A DNA stretch of 63,923 bases, counting the filler, from Lama guanicoe (taxonomy: Eukaryota), in assembly GCA_013239625.1 (NCBI GenBank). It is 73 parts of 72 records of this genome, joined end to end, with 100 filler letters (N's around TTAATTAATTAA, not from the genome) between each part and the next. Parts side by side here need not be neighbours in the genome. Positions count along the whole stretch, not along the records: positions 1 to 790 come from MU055742.1; positions 891 to 1,566 come from PNXV01016063.1; positions 1,667 to 2,498 come from PNXV01016066.1; positions 2,599 to 3,297 come from MU055748.1; positions 3,398 to 3,797 come from MU055752.1; positions 3,898 to 4,828 come from MU055752.1; positions 4,929 to 5,637 come from MU055755.1; positions 5,738 to 6,474 come from MU055757.1; 65 more parts are not named here. One strand, 5' to 3'. The notes beneath the pieces were generated by a model. It was not told where the DNA came from. It did no database searches and saw nothing but the letters and a program-made list of their open reading frames with translations. Position 1 is the stretch's first letter; the number at the start of each line of letters is the position of its first letter. The translations under genes were made by a program, and so were the position numbers. Below are positions 1-12,588 of the stretch, one piece after another.

Positions 1-790
1 CACAGAATATAGAATAGAGGATAGAGAACATAGAAGCCAGAATTTAGAATATGGAATGCAGTAAACAGAATTTAGAATACAGAAGAGAGGATACTGAAAA
101 TAGAAATTAGAGTATAGAATGTAGAACACAGAAATTAGAATATAGAATACGGAATGCAGAATATAGAATGTAGAATATAGAATGAAGAACACAAAATATA
201 GAATATAGGAGAGAGAATATGGAACACAGAATTTAGAACATGGAATGCAGAACACAGAAACTAGAATATAGAATACAGAGTAATGAATACAGAATATAGA
301 AAAGAGAATGNNNNNNNNNNNNNNNNNNNNNNNNNNNNNNNNNNNNNNNNNNNNNNNNNNNNNNNNNNNNNNNNNNNNNNNNNNNNNNNNNNNNNNNNNN
401 NNNACAGAACTCAGAATTTAGAACATGGAATGCAGAACACAGAATTTAGAATATAGAATACAAAATACTGAATATATAATTTAGAATATAGAAAGTAGAA
501 TATAGAATGAATAGCACAAAATATAGTATATAGAATAGAGACTATAGAACACAGAATTTAAACATGGAATGTAGAACACATAATTAAGACTATAGAGTAC
601 AATATACTGAATATAGAATTTAGAATATAGAATGCGTGACACAGAATATAGAATATATAATACGGAATACTGAGTATACAAATTTGAATATAGAATGTAG
701 AGAACAGAATATAGAATATAGAATAAAAAATGCATAATGCTAATACAGAATATAGAATGTAGAACACAGAATTTAGAATATGGTAAACAG
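1..790 (-). repeat. AT-rich heptamer satellite (AGAATAT-type on + strand; CTATATT-type on - strand)
   Basis: GAA recurs every 7 bp (tagaata, cagaatt, tggaatg, cagaaca); same family as 25142, 29390, 31284, 46334, 50148, 63386. Confidence 0.95.
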
Positions 791-890
791 NNNNNNNNNN
801 NNNNNNNNNNNNNNNNNNNNNNNNNNNNNNNNNNTTAATTAATTAANNNNNNNNNNNNNNNNNNNNNNNNNNNNNNNNNNNNNNNNNNNN
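791..890. other. Artificial scaffold-joining linker N44-TTAATTAATTAA-N44 (first of 72 copies; last at 63286-63385)
   Basis: Exactly 44 N + 12-mer + 44 N = 100 bp; palindromic 12-mer gives TAA in all six frames; flanks unrelated on either side. Confidence 0.98.
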
Positions 891-1280
891 ACAAATTTAA
901 CTCTGCAATGGAGTACAGCCTTCTCATTTCTAATTCCTTCTATTTTTTCAAATTTAATTGAAACATGACATAAGTAAGGCAGATGTTATTATTGGTACCC
1001 ATGTTTGAAAAATATATATAAGCATAAAAAATAGATTTTTAAAATGTCAGCTTTGACTTGGATGTTTCTATTGATGTTAGGAGACACTAAAGTGCTCAGT
1101 TTGGAGTCCCTATACTTCTCAGGGATTCTGAGAGATTGATTATTAGGTTCAAGGATTTTTCCAGAGTTTTAAAATGCTTAATTGAATTCTGGCCTTTATG
1201 TAGGGTAATAAAGCTTCATAACATGTCGGTCATATTTCACTTTAATTATTTCATCTAGTGCTTGCTATCACATTGATGAT

Positions 1281-1382
1281 ATTTATTTATTTCTATATTT
1301 ATTTATTAGTGGAGGTCCCTAGGGATTGGATTGAGAACCTTATACATGCTAAGCATGTGCTCTACCACTGAGCTACTTCCCT
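1281..1382 (-). mobile_element. tRNA-Ala-derived SINE (camelid Vic-1-like)
   Basis: Reverse complement GGGAAGTAGCTCAGTGGTAGAGCACATGCTTAGCATG...GACCTCCA followed by an (AAAT)-rich tail; A-box TAGCTCAGTGG; decayed B-box. Confidence 0.85.
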
Positions 1383-1421
1383 AGCCCAAAGATCTTAAGC
1401 CAACTGAATGTTTTGATTAGG

Positions 1422-1424
<3 letters not shown>

Positions 1425-1456
<32 letters not shown>
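1425..1456 (+). repeat. (GT)16 microsatellite
   Basis: Direct reading. Confidence 0.97.
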
Positions 1457-1457
<1 letters not shown>

Positions 1458-1814
1458 GTCTTTGATTATTAAGAATGATGGAAGTTATTAGTCCTACCTT
1501 AGTATTTGGTAGACGTGATCTTTTAAAACAATAATCCTAAAAGTTCTGGGGGTTTTGGATATTTTTNNNNNNNNNNNNNNNNNNNNNNNNNNNNNNNNNN
1601 NNNNNNNNNNTTAATTAATTAANNNNNNNNNNNNNNNNNNNNNNNNNNNNNNNNNNNNNNNNNNNNAAGTACCCAATTAGCAAAGTGAGTGATGAATAAA
1701 TAGACGTGAGTTTTGTTGACAGTGATGATACTACTATTCATTTGTCCTTTGAAGTATGACTTCACTTTCAGTGATCAATACTTCGGCGTCCTCAGGAGTT
1801 GAGATTTTAGGAAA

Positions 1815-2498
1815 ATGCACAGCCTGGGCCCAGACCTCCCCTTTAAACTCGTGACTCTGCGTAGATATCTCAAGGGCACTCCAAAATCAACCTGCAAAGA
1901 GCTGACTTCACGGTGCTCCTCCCATAGCCGTCCTGCCCAGGGCTCCTGGTCAGAGGGTAAGGTCTCCCTGTGTCTCCCAACTCAGGCCCATTACTCACAG
2001 ATGTGAATGGACCCCTCCTTCGGGGACCAGATATCATCAGTCACAGAGTACCACCACCCTCAACTGACCTATCAGATACTCACTGGCACTCACTCAGCAC
2101 TTACTCTGTGCTGGAGGCCACGCTGCACACTACACAGTGTATCTCTCTGGATCTCCACAACAGTCCTGGGAATTGGGTACATCACTGCTTCAATTGATTA
2201 GATAAATTGTTTCAATTCCTTGCGTGTGTCATTCAAACTGACACGGCTACTAAGCCACAAGCCTGGGCCTGAAAACCACTTGAAAATTGAACACTGCTAC
2301 ACCTCGCAGCCACCCTACTCTGACTCATCACATCACCTCCTTCCAAGCCTTCTAAACTTTTCCAAGCATTCTACAAGACAAGTGTGAACTACGAGAGCAC
2401 ACTACTCTCCTACTTAAAATCTGTCAATGATGGTGCAATGCCCTTAGGGGAAAGCCCCACCGGGCTTGAGCACAGCCTAAGACCCCAGCATCCGCGTT
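1815..2498 (+). mobile_element. Old L2 fragment interrupted by a MIR (about 2085-2280, antisense)
   Basis: L2-like cccagacctccc...gatatctcaagggcactccaaaatcaac and actctcctacttaaaatc...gcccttagggga; MIR-like cagcacttactctgtgctgg...atctccacaacagtcctgg. Confidence 0.6.
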
Positions 2499-3250
2499 NN
2501 NNNNNNNNNNNNNNNNNNNNNNNNNNNNNNNNNNNNNNNNNNTTAATTAATTAANNNNNNNNNNNNNNNNNNNNNNNNNNNNNNNNNNNNNNNNNNNNCA
2601 TACAAACACAAATGTTGATGATAATCATCCCCATACTCTTGGCAGTGTTTTCTCTTTACCTCCAAGTGTATTTTTTATATTTCATAGTTTGATATTTAAT
2701 GTATTTAAACCTAAGCTGTGATGCACTAAGTAAAAATACATATACCTGCTTTAAATCCATAACTCTTAACAGCCCACATGCTACCAGCACTTCTGAAGAT
2801 GAGTTCACTTAGTTGGACCATGTGAAATTGGATTGTGAAAAATTTCTTATTGTAGAAATTGCAAAAATGAAAAACTTGCAAGTGGGAACATTAATAATCT
2901 GTTCCCAATTTACATTTCTCCTTTTCATGTGCTGGCTGGACCATTTGTGAAGCAGTTGTCTGCTTTGTGATACAGCTGTTTTGTTCCAGGTTGGTGCAGT
3001 ATTCAGGTCAGATATGCATCAAACACTCTATTTGTAGATTTCATGTTTTATTTTTTTGTTTTAGACATCATTTCTCCTATCTTTCGGCAGAATCCCTGTC
3101 AGAATGGCCCTTTAAAATAACAAAATAGTGTGAATGATAACAACTGTAGTTGGAATATTTTCCTCTGGGTAGCTGACACTGCTGACAGGCAGTGAGAATT
3201 TTAGTTTGGCCTGAAGGCTAAATGTAAATTAAATCTAAATGACTCAGTTG

Positions 3251-3251
<1 letters not shown>

Positions 3252-3297
<46 letters not shown>
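3252..3297 (+). repeat. (TTA)n microsatellite at scaffold end
   Basis: Direct reading. Confidence 0.97.
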
Positions 3298-4928
3298 NNN
3301 NNNNNNNNNNNNNNNNNNNNNNNNNNNNNNNNNNNNNNNNNTTAATTAATTAANNNNNNNNNNNNNNNNNNNNNNNNNNNNNNNNNNNNNNNNNNNNAAA
3401 GAGACCTTACTAAACGCCTTATGCAAGCTTTGGAAGACATGATAAAATAAATCTTAAAGTTTTAAAATATGGAATTCTTTGTTTACAGCTCTTCTCATTG
3501 ATTAAAACATGCCAATTAAGGACATAAAATTGGGTCTGGGTGACAGAGCAGTTTCCTGGGGAACTGGAAGTGTGTGTCTTTGTCTTGCCGATCAGAAATG
3601 TAAATACAGCAAACAGTGACCTAGGACTGAGCCTAAATAATTAGCTCCATGAAGTAGAACTTAGGGCCAAAAAGCCTGCGTTTATAGATGTGAGATATTT
3701 CTACTGCTAAAAAAGAAAAATCAAAGTCAAAGAGCTCTGCTTAATTGATGTAAAAACTAAGAGGTTACAAATTAAGTATTTTTAAAATAAAATAAAANNN
3801 NNNNNNNNNNNNNNNNNNNNNNNNNNNNNNNNNNNNNNNNNTTAATTAATTAANNNNNNNNNNNNNNNNNNNNNNNNNNNNNNNNNNNNNNNNNNNNTAC
3901 AAGAAGGATGCCAGTCAAACATACTTTCTGACAGTGGAAATTGGAGAAAACTTAAGTGTCCACCATCAAGACAATGATGCGGCAAATGAAGGCGAGCTGT
4001 GGGCACTAAGGGCCGGCGTTTCGGCGTGGCCCAAGGCCTTGTCCACAGCACTCTCCCACCAAAGTTGTCCTTGCACAAGAGACCAAACCTGTATATCAGG
4101 AGACCCCTCTATCTGAAAGGACCGCATGAGTCTGGAGTGGGAGGACGTTTATGATATACACCTGAGTGAATAAACCGAGCTTCAGAAGACATATAGCATG
4201 GCTTTATTTTTCAATAAAGTATATATATACACACATATACTTAGATTTCTCATATACGTGTCTGTATGTATGTGTATATATATATATGACATAGGCATAA
4301 AGGTCATGAAATATATACTCCACATTGTCAGCAGTTTTTACTCTCAGGAAAAAAGGGGAAGGGATGTAGGGGCCTTTCGGTACAACCACAATTCTCTTTT
4401 CAGTATATCAGTTAAGTAAACTGGGAATTTAAAAGTTTATTTAAGTCCGAAGTAAAATGGACGATGCCTCCACAAGACAGAACGCTATACTGGTCATTAA
4501 AAATCATGCCAGGGGAGATAGAATATTGTAGAAATACGTGTAATAAGCCGAATGGAAAATGGAGGTCTCCACATAGTAATCAGGCATAGNNNNNNNNNNN
4601 NNNNNNNNNNNNNNNNNNNNNNNNNNNNNNNNNNNNNNNNNNNNNNNNNNNNNNNNNNNNNNNNNNNNNNNNNNNNNNNNNNNNNNNNNNNNNNNNNNNN
4701 NNAATACACATTTCATCTGAGAAAAGCATTTTTAGATGTCTAGTAAAACACATTGATAAACATGCACGAGTACTTACCGAAACAAATAACTAGGAGACAC
4801 CACAGCAGCGTCACACAATGTAATGTAGNNNNNNNNNNNNNNNNNNNNNNNNNNNNNNNNNNNNNNNNNNNNTTAATTAATTAANNNNNNNNNNNNNNNN
4901 NNNNNNNNNNNNNNNNNNNNNNNNNNNN

Positions 4929-5637
4929 GAGAGGTCATCGCAAATACTTGGTTTCGGAGCCCAAACCACACTATCCCGAGCACTCCCGCCTAGGCTTTCC
5001 ATCAGGGACGACAAGCAAAGGGATTCAATTAGAACCCAGGCGCTGCTGTCAGTTGGAGGAACTTCCCTGCACTCAGAATTCCAGAACACATTCTTAGGTG
5101 TGGGAGAGATGTGCAGCCCCCCTGCANNNNNNNNNNNNNNNNNNNNNNNNNNNNAAGTCCTCTAAGTACTTCCTCAGTGGATCAGGGTGCACTCACTGCT
5201 ACTTGGCCTCCAAGCCCAACCCCCAGCTTTCCCTCATGGCCTGGCCTAAAGGAACACTCAGGGAACAGAAGCTAAGTGATAATAATAGAACCCAGGTGCT
5301 GCTGTCAGTTTGAGGAACATCCCCACACTCAGAATATCAGAACAATTCTTCGCGTGTGTGCTGGATGTAGGAAACAGTGAAAGCATTATTCAGGGGGCAC
5401 ATTTATTCCATGGTTGTGGGTTGTAGGTTAAAAACCCACATCCCATGGATAGGCTCTCGCTTATACTTGGTTTAGAGCCCAACCCCCACTTTCCCCCACT
5501 CTCCCGCCTAACACTTAGGGAAGACAAGCTAAGGGATTCTATTAAAACCCAGGTGCTGCTGTCTGTTGGAGGAACCCCCCACACCCAGAAGCCCAGAACA
5601 CTTCTTCCTTTGTGTGCTGGACGTGGGGAAACATAGC
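4929..5637 (+). repeat. Satellite 'Sat B' (diverged ~257-265-bp monomers related to Sat A)
   Basis: Anchor (a/g)aacccagg(c/t)gctgctgtc at 5031, 5287, 5544; homologous to Sat A core gaacccacgcgctgccgaccgttggtggaacc. Confidence 0.85.
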
Positions 5638-5737
5638 NNNNNNNNNNNNNNNNNNNNNNNNNNNNNNNNNNNNNNNNNNNNTTAATTAATTAANNNNNNN
5701 NNNNNNNNNNNNNNNNNNNNNNNNNNNNNNNNNNNNN

Positions 5738-6474
5738 AACTGATCCCTCAAGAGACTAAAAACACTTAGGTCCCCAGTGGCTCTATTAGACAAATTAGGA
5801 AGATAATTTCCTAACAGATATAAGACTATAAAAGTATTTTAAGGATTTTAAAGAGAAAAGAACTTACTTAAATCTGAAAGGCAGAAACCCATGAAAAGCT
5901 TGGCATGGCTTTCCTGGCCTTATCAAACCTTATTAACATTCTACCCTGAGACTCCGTATTAAAACTTCCAAAACAGTCAATTTTAAAAAAGCCTATATGA
6001 TCAAATAATCAGACTTAAATTGAAAAAAATTAATCTTCATTTGGGTTTTTTTGNNNNNNNNNNNNNNNNNNNNNNNNNNNNNNNNNNNNNNNNNNNNNNN
6101 NNNNNNNNNNNNNNNNNNNNNNNNNNNNNNNNNNNNNNNNNNNNNNNNNNNNNNNNNNNNNNNNNNNNNNNNNNNNNNNNNNNNNNNNNNNNNNNNNNNN
6201 NNNNNNNNNNNNNNNNNNNNNNNNNNNNNNNNNNNNNNNNNNNNNNNNNNNNNNNNNNNNNNNNNNNNNNNNNNNNNNNNNNNNNNNNNNNNNNNNNNNN
6301 NNNNNNNNNNNNNNNNNNNNNNNNNTGTCTACAACCTGAATGGAAGGGCCCTTTATCAGGGACTCTTAACTAGACCATACACACCAAAGCTGAAGGAAAC
6401 GGACTCTCGGATACATATCCTATCAGAAACAGCCCCTGCAGTGCGCTGGCCTATAGAGCACTGCTCACCTTAAA
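5738..6474 (+). mobile_element. ERV1-class internal fragment with decayed integrase C-terminus (6326-6474)
   Basis: With one +1 frameshift reads LQPEWKGP/YQGLLTRPYTPKLKETDSRIHI, the gammaretroviral integrase C-terminal WKGPY...IH motif. Confidence 0.75.
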
Positions 6475-6574
6475 NNNNNNNNNNNNNNNNNNNNNNNNNN
6501 NNNNNNNNNNNNNNNNNNTTAATTAATTAANNNNNNNNNNNNNNNNNNNNNNNNNNNNNNNNNNNNNNNNNNNN

Positions 6575-7299
6575 AGACGAGCTTAGGCATTCCGTTAGAA
6601 CACACACGCTGCCGACCGTTGGTTTAACCTCCCCACCATCAGGATTCCGGAAACATTGTCAGTGCCTCGGGGAGTTGGAGAGACAACTCCACGCAGGTCT
6701 CTTCAGTCACAGGTGTTCCCTGTTCGGGCAAGTCCGAGAAATACCTTCCCTGACCTTGGGGAGGCAGCCTCTGTCCCTGGGACTTCCTGCAAAANNNNNN
6801 NNNNNNNNNNNNNNNNNNNNNNNNNNNNNNNNNNNNNNNNNNNNNNNNNNNNNNNNNNNNNNNNNNNNNNNNNNNNNNNNNNNNNNNNNNNNNNNNNNNN
6901 NNNNNNNNNNNNNNNNNNNNNNNNNNNNNNNNNNNNNNNNNNNNNNNNNNNNNNNNNNNNNNNNNNNNNNNNNNNNNNNNNNNNNNNNNNNNNNNNNNNN
7001 NNNNNNNNNNNNNNNNNNNNNNNNNNNNNNNNNNNNNNNNNNNNNNNNNCCCCTAGCATTCCCTAGCACAGAGATATTAGGAAAACCCTCAGGGGAGACG
7101 AGCTTTGCAATTCCCTTAGAACCCACACGCTGCCGACCGTTGGTGGAACCTCCCCACCATCAGGATTCCGGAAACATTGTCAGTGCCTCGGGGAGTTGGA
7201 GAGACAACTCCACGCAGGTCTCTTCATTCACAGGTGTTCCCTGTTCTGGCAAGTCCGAGAAATAACTTCCCTGATATTGGGGAGGCAGCCTCTGACACT
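6575..7299 (+). repeat. Satellite 'Sat A' (~267-bp monomer)
   Basis: gagacgagcttaggc...gctgccgaccgttggtggaacctcccc...caggtgttccctgttc repeated. Confidence 0.95.
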
Positions 7300-7399
7300 N
7301 NNNNNNNNNNNNNNNNNNNNNNNNNNNNNNNNNNNNNNNNNNNTTAATTAATTAANNNNNNNNNNNNNNNNNNNNNNNNNNNNNNNNNNNNNNNNNNNN

Positions 7400-7940
7400 A
7401 AGAAGCTGTGGTATATTTATACAATGGAATACTAGTTGGCCATAAAAAGGAATGAAATAATGCCATTTGCAGCAACATGGGTGAAACTGGAGAATCTCCT
7501 CCTAAGTGAAATAAGTCAGAAAGAGAAAGAAAAATACCATATGATATTACTTATATGTGGAATCTAAAAAACAAACAACAAAAAGACAAACAAACTTATT
7601 TACAAAACAGAAACAGACTCACAGACATAGAAAACAAACTTATGGTTGCTGGAGCAGGAAGAGGGTGGGAAGGTGTAAATTGGGAGTTTGAGATTTGCCG
7701 TCACTAATATATATAAAATAGATAAACATCAAGTTTATACTGTATAGCACAGGGAACCATATTCGATTGTAACCTAAAAAAGAATATGAGAACAAAACTA
7801 TGTATGTTCCTATGTGACTGAAGAACTGTGCTGTGTGCCAGAAACTGACACGATATTGTAAACTGGCTGTACTTCAATGAAAATATAATATAAAAAATTC
7901 AATAAACAACAAAAAATTTAAACAGACAAAACTGAAAAAA
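7400..7940 (+). mobile_element. L1 3' end (ORF2 C-terminus, 3' UTR, A-rich tail)
   Basis: tggtatatttatacaatggaatact...gccatttgcagcaacatgg...tgtatagcacagggaac...A-rich end. Confidence 0.93.
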
Positions 7941-8769
7941 TTAATATGTATCTTATTCAGTTTTATATTAATTCTATTATGGCAATGTGACATATAATTA
8001 ATATGGAATCCATCATTTATGCCTGCAGTTGCAGAACTATCAGTGTGAGTTTAATACTNNNNNNNNNNNNNNNNNNNNNNNNNNNNNNNNNNNNNNNNNN
8101 NNTTAATTAATTAANNNNNNNNNNNNNNNNNNNNNNNNNNNNNNNNNNNNNNNNNNNNAGCATAGCTATTCTGCAAGTCTATTGCAGAGACAAACCATCA
8201 GAAAAGAATGATGGGAAGCCGAGAGCCAAGAGTGAATTGTTAAAAAGAAAAAAAAAAAAAAAAAAAAAAGGAAACCAAGACCCCCTGAGCCATACCCTCT
8301 TGATCTGAATGAAAACTTTTAAATTCATTTTATATTTTATTCAGATTCAAACTCCCAGGGCTGAAATAGTCAACTTTGAAGAACACTTTTCAAAATAAAT
8401 CAAAAATAGGCAAAAAAATAAAAGGGGGGTGGGGCTTGCATGTGTGTTGCTGTTTTCAGAGATGTAAACAATTTTATTAATCATCTCAGTTTTGTTTTTA
8501 AGAAACATTGGCTCCACGTAGAAAATTTCAACTGTCTTCATCATTCATATTAATTTAAAAATCTAAATTACACAAATGCGTGAATGGAAAATAAAATAGC
8601 ACGAAAGCTCTGGCTATGAAAAGCAACAGTTTCTGAATGTACCCCTTCCCTCCCAGGCCTGCGTCCAGAGGCAGAGATGCTCAGTGGTTTCCTCTGTTAT
8701 GGTTCACTTCTGCCACTCTTTTCTTAGCTACTGGAGATTTGACTGTCAATTTCCTGTAATAATGCATCA

Positions 8770-8909
8770 GATTCATAAAAAGCCCACAAATGCTAAATGC
8801 TGGAGAAAAGGGAGCCTTCCTACACAGCTGGTGGGAATACAGTTTGGTGCAGCCATTATTGAAAACAGTATGGAGATTCCTCAAAAACCTAAAAATAGAT
8901 TTACCATGT
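8770..8909 (+). mobile_element. L1 ORF2 C-terminal fragment
   Basis: aaatgctggagaaaagggagcc...ggtgcagccatt...aaaacagtatggagattcctcaaaaa. Confidence 0.85.
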
Positions 8910-9009
8910 NNNNNNNNNNNNNNNNNNNNNNNNNNNNNNNNNNNNNNNNNNNNTTAATTAATTAANNNNNNNNNNNNNNNNNNNNNNNNNNNNNNNNNNN
9001 NNNNNNNNN

Positions 9010-9418
9010 CCTCCACATCGTCTCCAACACTTTCTATTTGAAGACTTTTTGATAATAGTCTTTTGACCAGTGTGAAATGATACCTCATTGTGGTTTTGAA
9101 CTGCAATTACCAATAATTATTATTGTTGTGCATTTTTATCACTTGCCTATTACTCATCTGTATGTTTTCTTTGAATATTAACTAAGGTACTCTGCTCTTT
9201 TTTTGATTGGGTTTTTTTTTTCACATTGAGTTGGGTAACTTAAATCCATGTTACATCTATTAACCTACATATATTAACCCCTGGTCACTTGCATTGTTTG
9301 CATATATGTTCTCCAATTACATAGGCAATGTTTTCACTTCATTGATAGTGTCCTTAGCTGTGCAGAAGCTTTCAAGTTTGTGTATGTCTCACTTGCTTAT
9401 TTTTGCTTTTATTTCTTT
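9010..9418 (-). mobile_element. L1 ORF2 fragment
   Basis: ctccacatcgtctccaacactt...gatacctcattgtggttttga...gctgtgcagaagcttt. Confidence 0.88.
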
Positions 9419-11642
9419 NNNNNNNNNNNNNNNNNNNNNNNNNNNNNNNNNNNNNNNNNNNNTTAATTAATTAANNNNNNNNNNNNNNNNNNNNNNNNNN
9501 NNNNNNNNNNNNNNNNNNGAGGCCTCAGGACACCTGGAAGCAGGAGAAGGCAAAGCAAGGAATGGAAGACAGTGCAGGGTCTGACGCCTGGTGATGAAGC
9601 AACAAGGGTGAAACTCTGTTTAACTTGGACGCACACTCTCAAGCCGACAGGAGACATGGGATTGAANNNNNNNNNNNNNNNNNNNNNNNNNNNNNNNNNN
9701 NNNNNNNNNNNNNNNNNNNNNNNNNNNNNNNNNNNNNNNNNNNNNNNNNNNNNNNNNNNNNNNNNNNNNNNNNNNNNNNNNNNNNNNNNNNNNNNNNNNN
9801 NNNNNNNNNNNNNNNNNNNNNNNNNNNNNNNNNNNNNNNNNNNNNNNNNNNNNNNNNNNNNNNNNNNNNNNNNNNNNNNNNNNNNNNNNNNNNNNNNNNN
9901 NNNNNNNNNNNNNNNNNNNNNNNNNNNNNNNNNNNNNNNNNNNNNNNNNNNNNNNNNNNNNNNNNNNNNNNNNNNNNNNNNNNNNNNNNNNNNNNNNNNN
10001 NNNNNNNNNNNNNNNNNNNNNNNNNNNNNNNNNNNNNNNNNNNNNNNNNNNNNNNNNNNNNNNNNNNNNNNNNNNNNNNNNNNNNNNNNNNNNNNNNNNN
10101 NNNNNNNNNNNNNNNNNNNNNNNNNNNNNNNNNNNNNNNNNNNNNNNNNNNNNNNNNNNNNNNNNNNNNNNNNNNNNNNNNNNNNNNNNNNNNNNNNNNN
10201 NNNNNNNNNNNNNNNNNNNNNNNNNNNNNNNNNNNNNNNNNNNNNNNNNNNNNNNNNNNNNNNNNNNNNNNNNNNNNNNNNNNNNNNNNNNNNNNNNNNN
10301 NNNNNNNNNNNNNNNNNNNNNNNNNNNNNNNNNNNNNNNNNNNNNNNNNNNNNNNNNNNNNNNNNNNNNNNNNNNNNNNNNNNNNNNNNNNNNNNNNNNN
10401 NNNNNNNNNNNNNNNNNNNNNNNNNNNNNNNNNNNNNNNNNNNNNNNNNNNNNNNNNNNNNNNNNNNNNNNNNNNNNNNNNNNNNNNNNNNNNNNNNNNN
10501 NNNNNNNNNNNNNNNNNNNNNNNNNNNNNNNNGAGCTGAGAACCTTTAGAAGCCTCATTTCCACAAGAGGATGTGTCCTGCGCACTTTCAGAACTGTGAG
10601 ATAAGCGTAATCAAAATGAAGTTATGCTAATCGAAATAGTATGGTTTGTTCATCACAACAAATGCAACACCAGCAATTGGAGATATACCAGACAACACAC
10701 ACAGGAACAGAATGGCATCAATGTCTAGGAGAAATTGTCCTCACAGAAATCCCATGGAATTGCGTAGAGCCAAGAGTCTAAAATTTTCACTTAACAAAGC
10801 CCTAGAATTCTACACTAGATAACTGATATTACCTGACCAGTAGAGTTGAAGAAGTAAAGTAAAAGAGACAGGAAGTACTTTTTTGGTTCCAAACATATTG
10901 AAGGCCCAAAAGATAAGCTTTCAAACAACTAGACNNNNNNNNNNNNNNNNNNNNNNNNNNNNNNNNNNNNNNNNNNNNTTAATTAATTAANNNNNNNNNN
11001 NNNNNNNNNNNNNNNNNNNNNNNNNNNNNNNNNNTTTTTTACCAAACATTAGTTTGGTCATTGACTTAGAAGAGAGTTATAAAAATAGAAGACCCAGAAT
11101 AGTAATTGTCAATCACCCCAAAAAATCAGGATTTGAGGGTTTCACTTACTAAAGGATAACTATTTTTAGAAGACCCAAATTAGGCACATGGACGTGAAGA
11201 CTAACAGGACCAGATCATAAACCATGAAAACATAGAGGAAGCAAAGAAGGAGATTTTTACTTTTCTACCCCATTCTACAATAATAAAATGAGACCACTTT
11301 TAAAACAGGAAATAACTTAATTGGAGGCAAGCATTGCTTTACCTAATTACTCTAATAGTAAAGGATATCTAAGTATAAGAACCCGATGAGATGAGAATAT
11401 TATGCACTTAGAACTACGTTTAGTGGTGACATGAGTGTCTGTTCACAGCCTTAAAATAGATTGTAAGCCAAACTAAAAAAATAAAAATAAAAAATAAAAA
11501 AAATGTGGAAGAGTTCTAAATAACTGTCAATTCACTTGACATNNNNNNNNNNNNNNNNNNNNNNNNNNNNNNNNNNNNNNNNNNNNTTAATTAATTAANN
11601 NNNNNNNNNNNNNNNNNNNNNNNNNNNNNNNNNNNNNNNNNN

Positions 11643-12488
11643 AAATAGTGCTGCTATGAACAATGGGGTGCAGGTGTCATCCTGAAGTAGGCTTCTTCTG
11701 GATACAAGCCCAGGAGCGGGACTCCTGGGTCATATGGTAAGTCTATTCCTAGTCTTTTGAGGAATCTCCATACTGTTTTCCACAGTGGCTGCACCAAACT
11801 GCATTCCCACCAGCAGTATAGGAGGGTTCCCTTTTCTCCACAGCCTCTTCAGCATTTGTCATTTGTGGATTTTTGAATGACGGCCATTCTGACTGGTGTG
11901 AGGTGATACCTCATTGTACTTTTGATTTGCATTTCTCTGATAATTAGTGATATTGAGCATTTTCCCATGTGCCTATTGATCATTTGTATGTCGTCCTTGG
12001 AGAATTGCTTGTTTAGGTCTTCTGCCCAGTTTTGGACTGGGGTGTTTGATTTATTCTTATTAAATCGTGTGAGCTGCTTATATATTTTGGAGATCTAGCC
12101 TTTGTCGGTTTCATTTGCAAAAATTTTCTCCCATTCTGTAGGTTGTCGTTTTGTTTTACTTACAGTTTCGTTTGCTGTGCAGGAGCTTGTAAGTTTTGTT
12201 AGGTCCCATTTGTCTATTCTTGCTTTTATTTCTTCTAGGAGAACATTTTTGAGATGTATGTCAGATAATGTTTTGCTTATATTTTCTTCTAGGAGGTTTA
12301 TTGTATCTTGTCTTATGTTTAAGTCTTTGATCCATCTTGAGTTGATTTTTGTGTATGGTGTAAGGGAGTGATTTAATTGCTTTACATGCTGCTGCCCAGT
12401 TTTCCCAACACCATTTGCTAAAGAGACTGTCTCTATTCTATTGTATATTCTTGCCTCCTTTGTCGAAGTTGAGTTGACCAGAAGTTTG
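11643..12488 (-). mobile_element. L1 ORF2 3' region, relatively young
   Basis: aggaatctccatactgttttccacagtggctgcaccaaactgcattcccaccagcagt (reverse complement of the 18498 element) continuing to cagttttcccaacaccatttg. Confidence 0.95.
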
Positions 12489-12588
12489 NNNNNNNNNNNN
12501 NNNNNNNNNNNNNNNNNNNNNNNNNNNNNNNNTTAATTAATTAANNNNNNNNNNNNNNNNNNNNNNNNNNNNNNNNNNNNNNNNNNNN

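Noticed and set aside
1..790. Heat-shock-element array (nGAAn) in the heptamer satellite
   Set aside because: GAA units are direct repeats at 7-bp spacing, not alternating inverted pentamers.
1310..1382. tRNA-Ala genes (also 16247-16319)
   Set aside because: Broken stems and B-box plus an A-rich tail indicate tRNA-derived SINEs.
6722..6738. CENP-B-box-like TTCG....A..CCGA in Sat A
   Set aside because: Matches only 7 of the 9 essential positions (needs CGGG) and is not conserved across monomers.
9572..10585. Long ORFs made mostly of X (also 26378-27500, 46504-47564, 60479-61689 and others)
   Set aside because: Open only because N gaps contain no stop codons.
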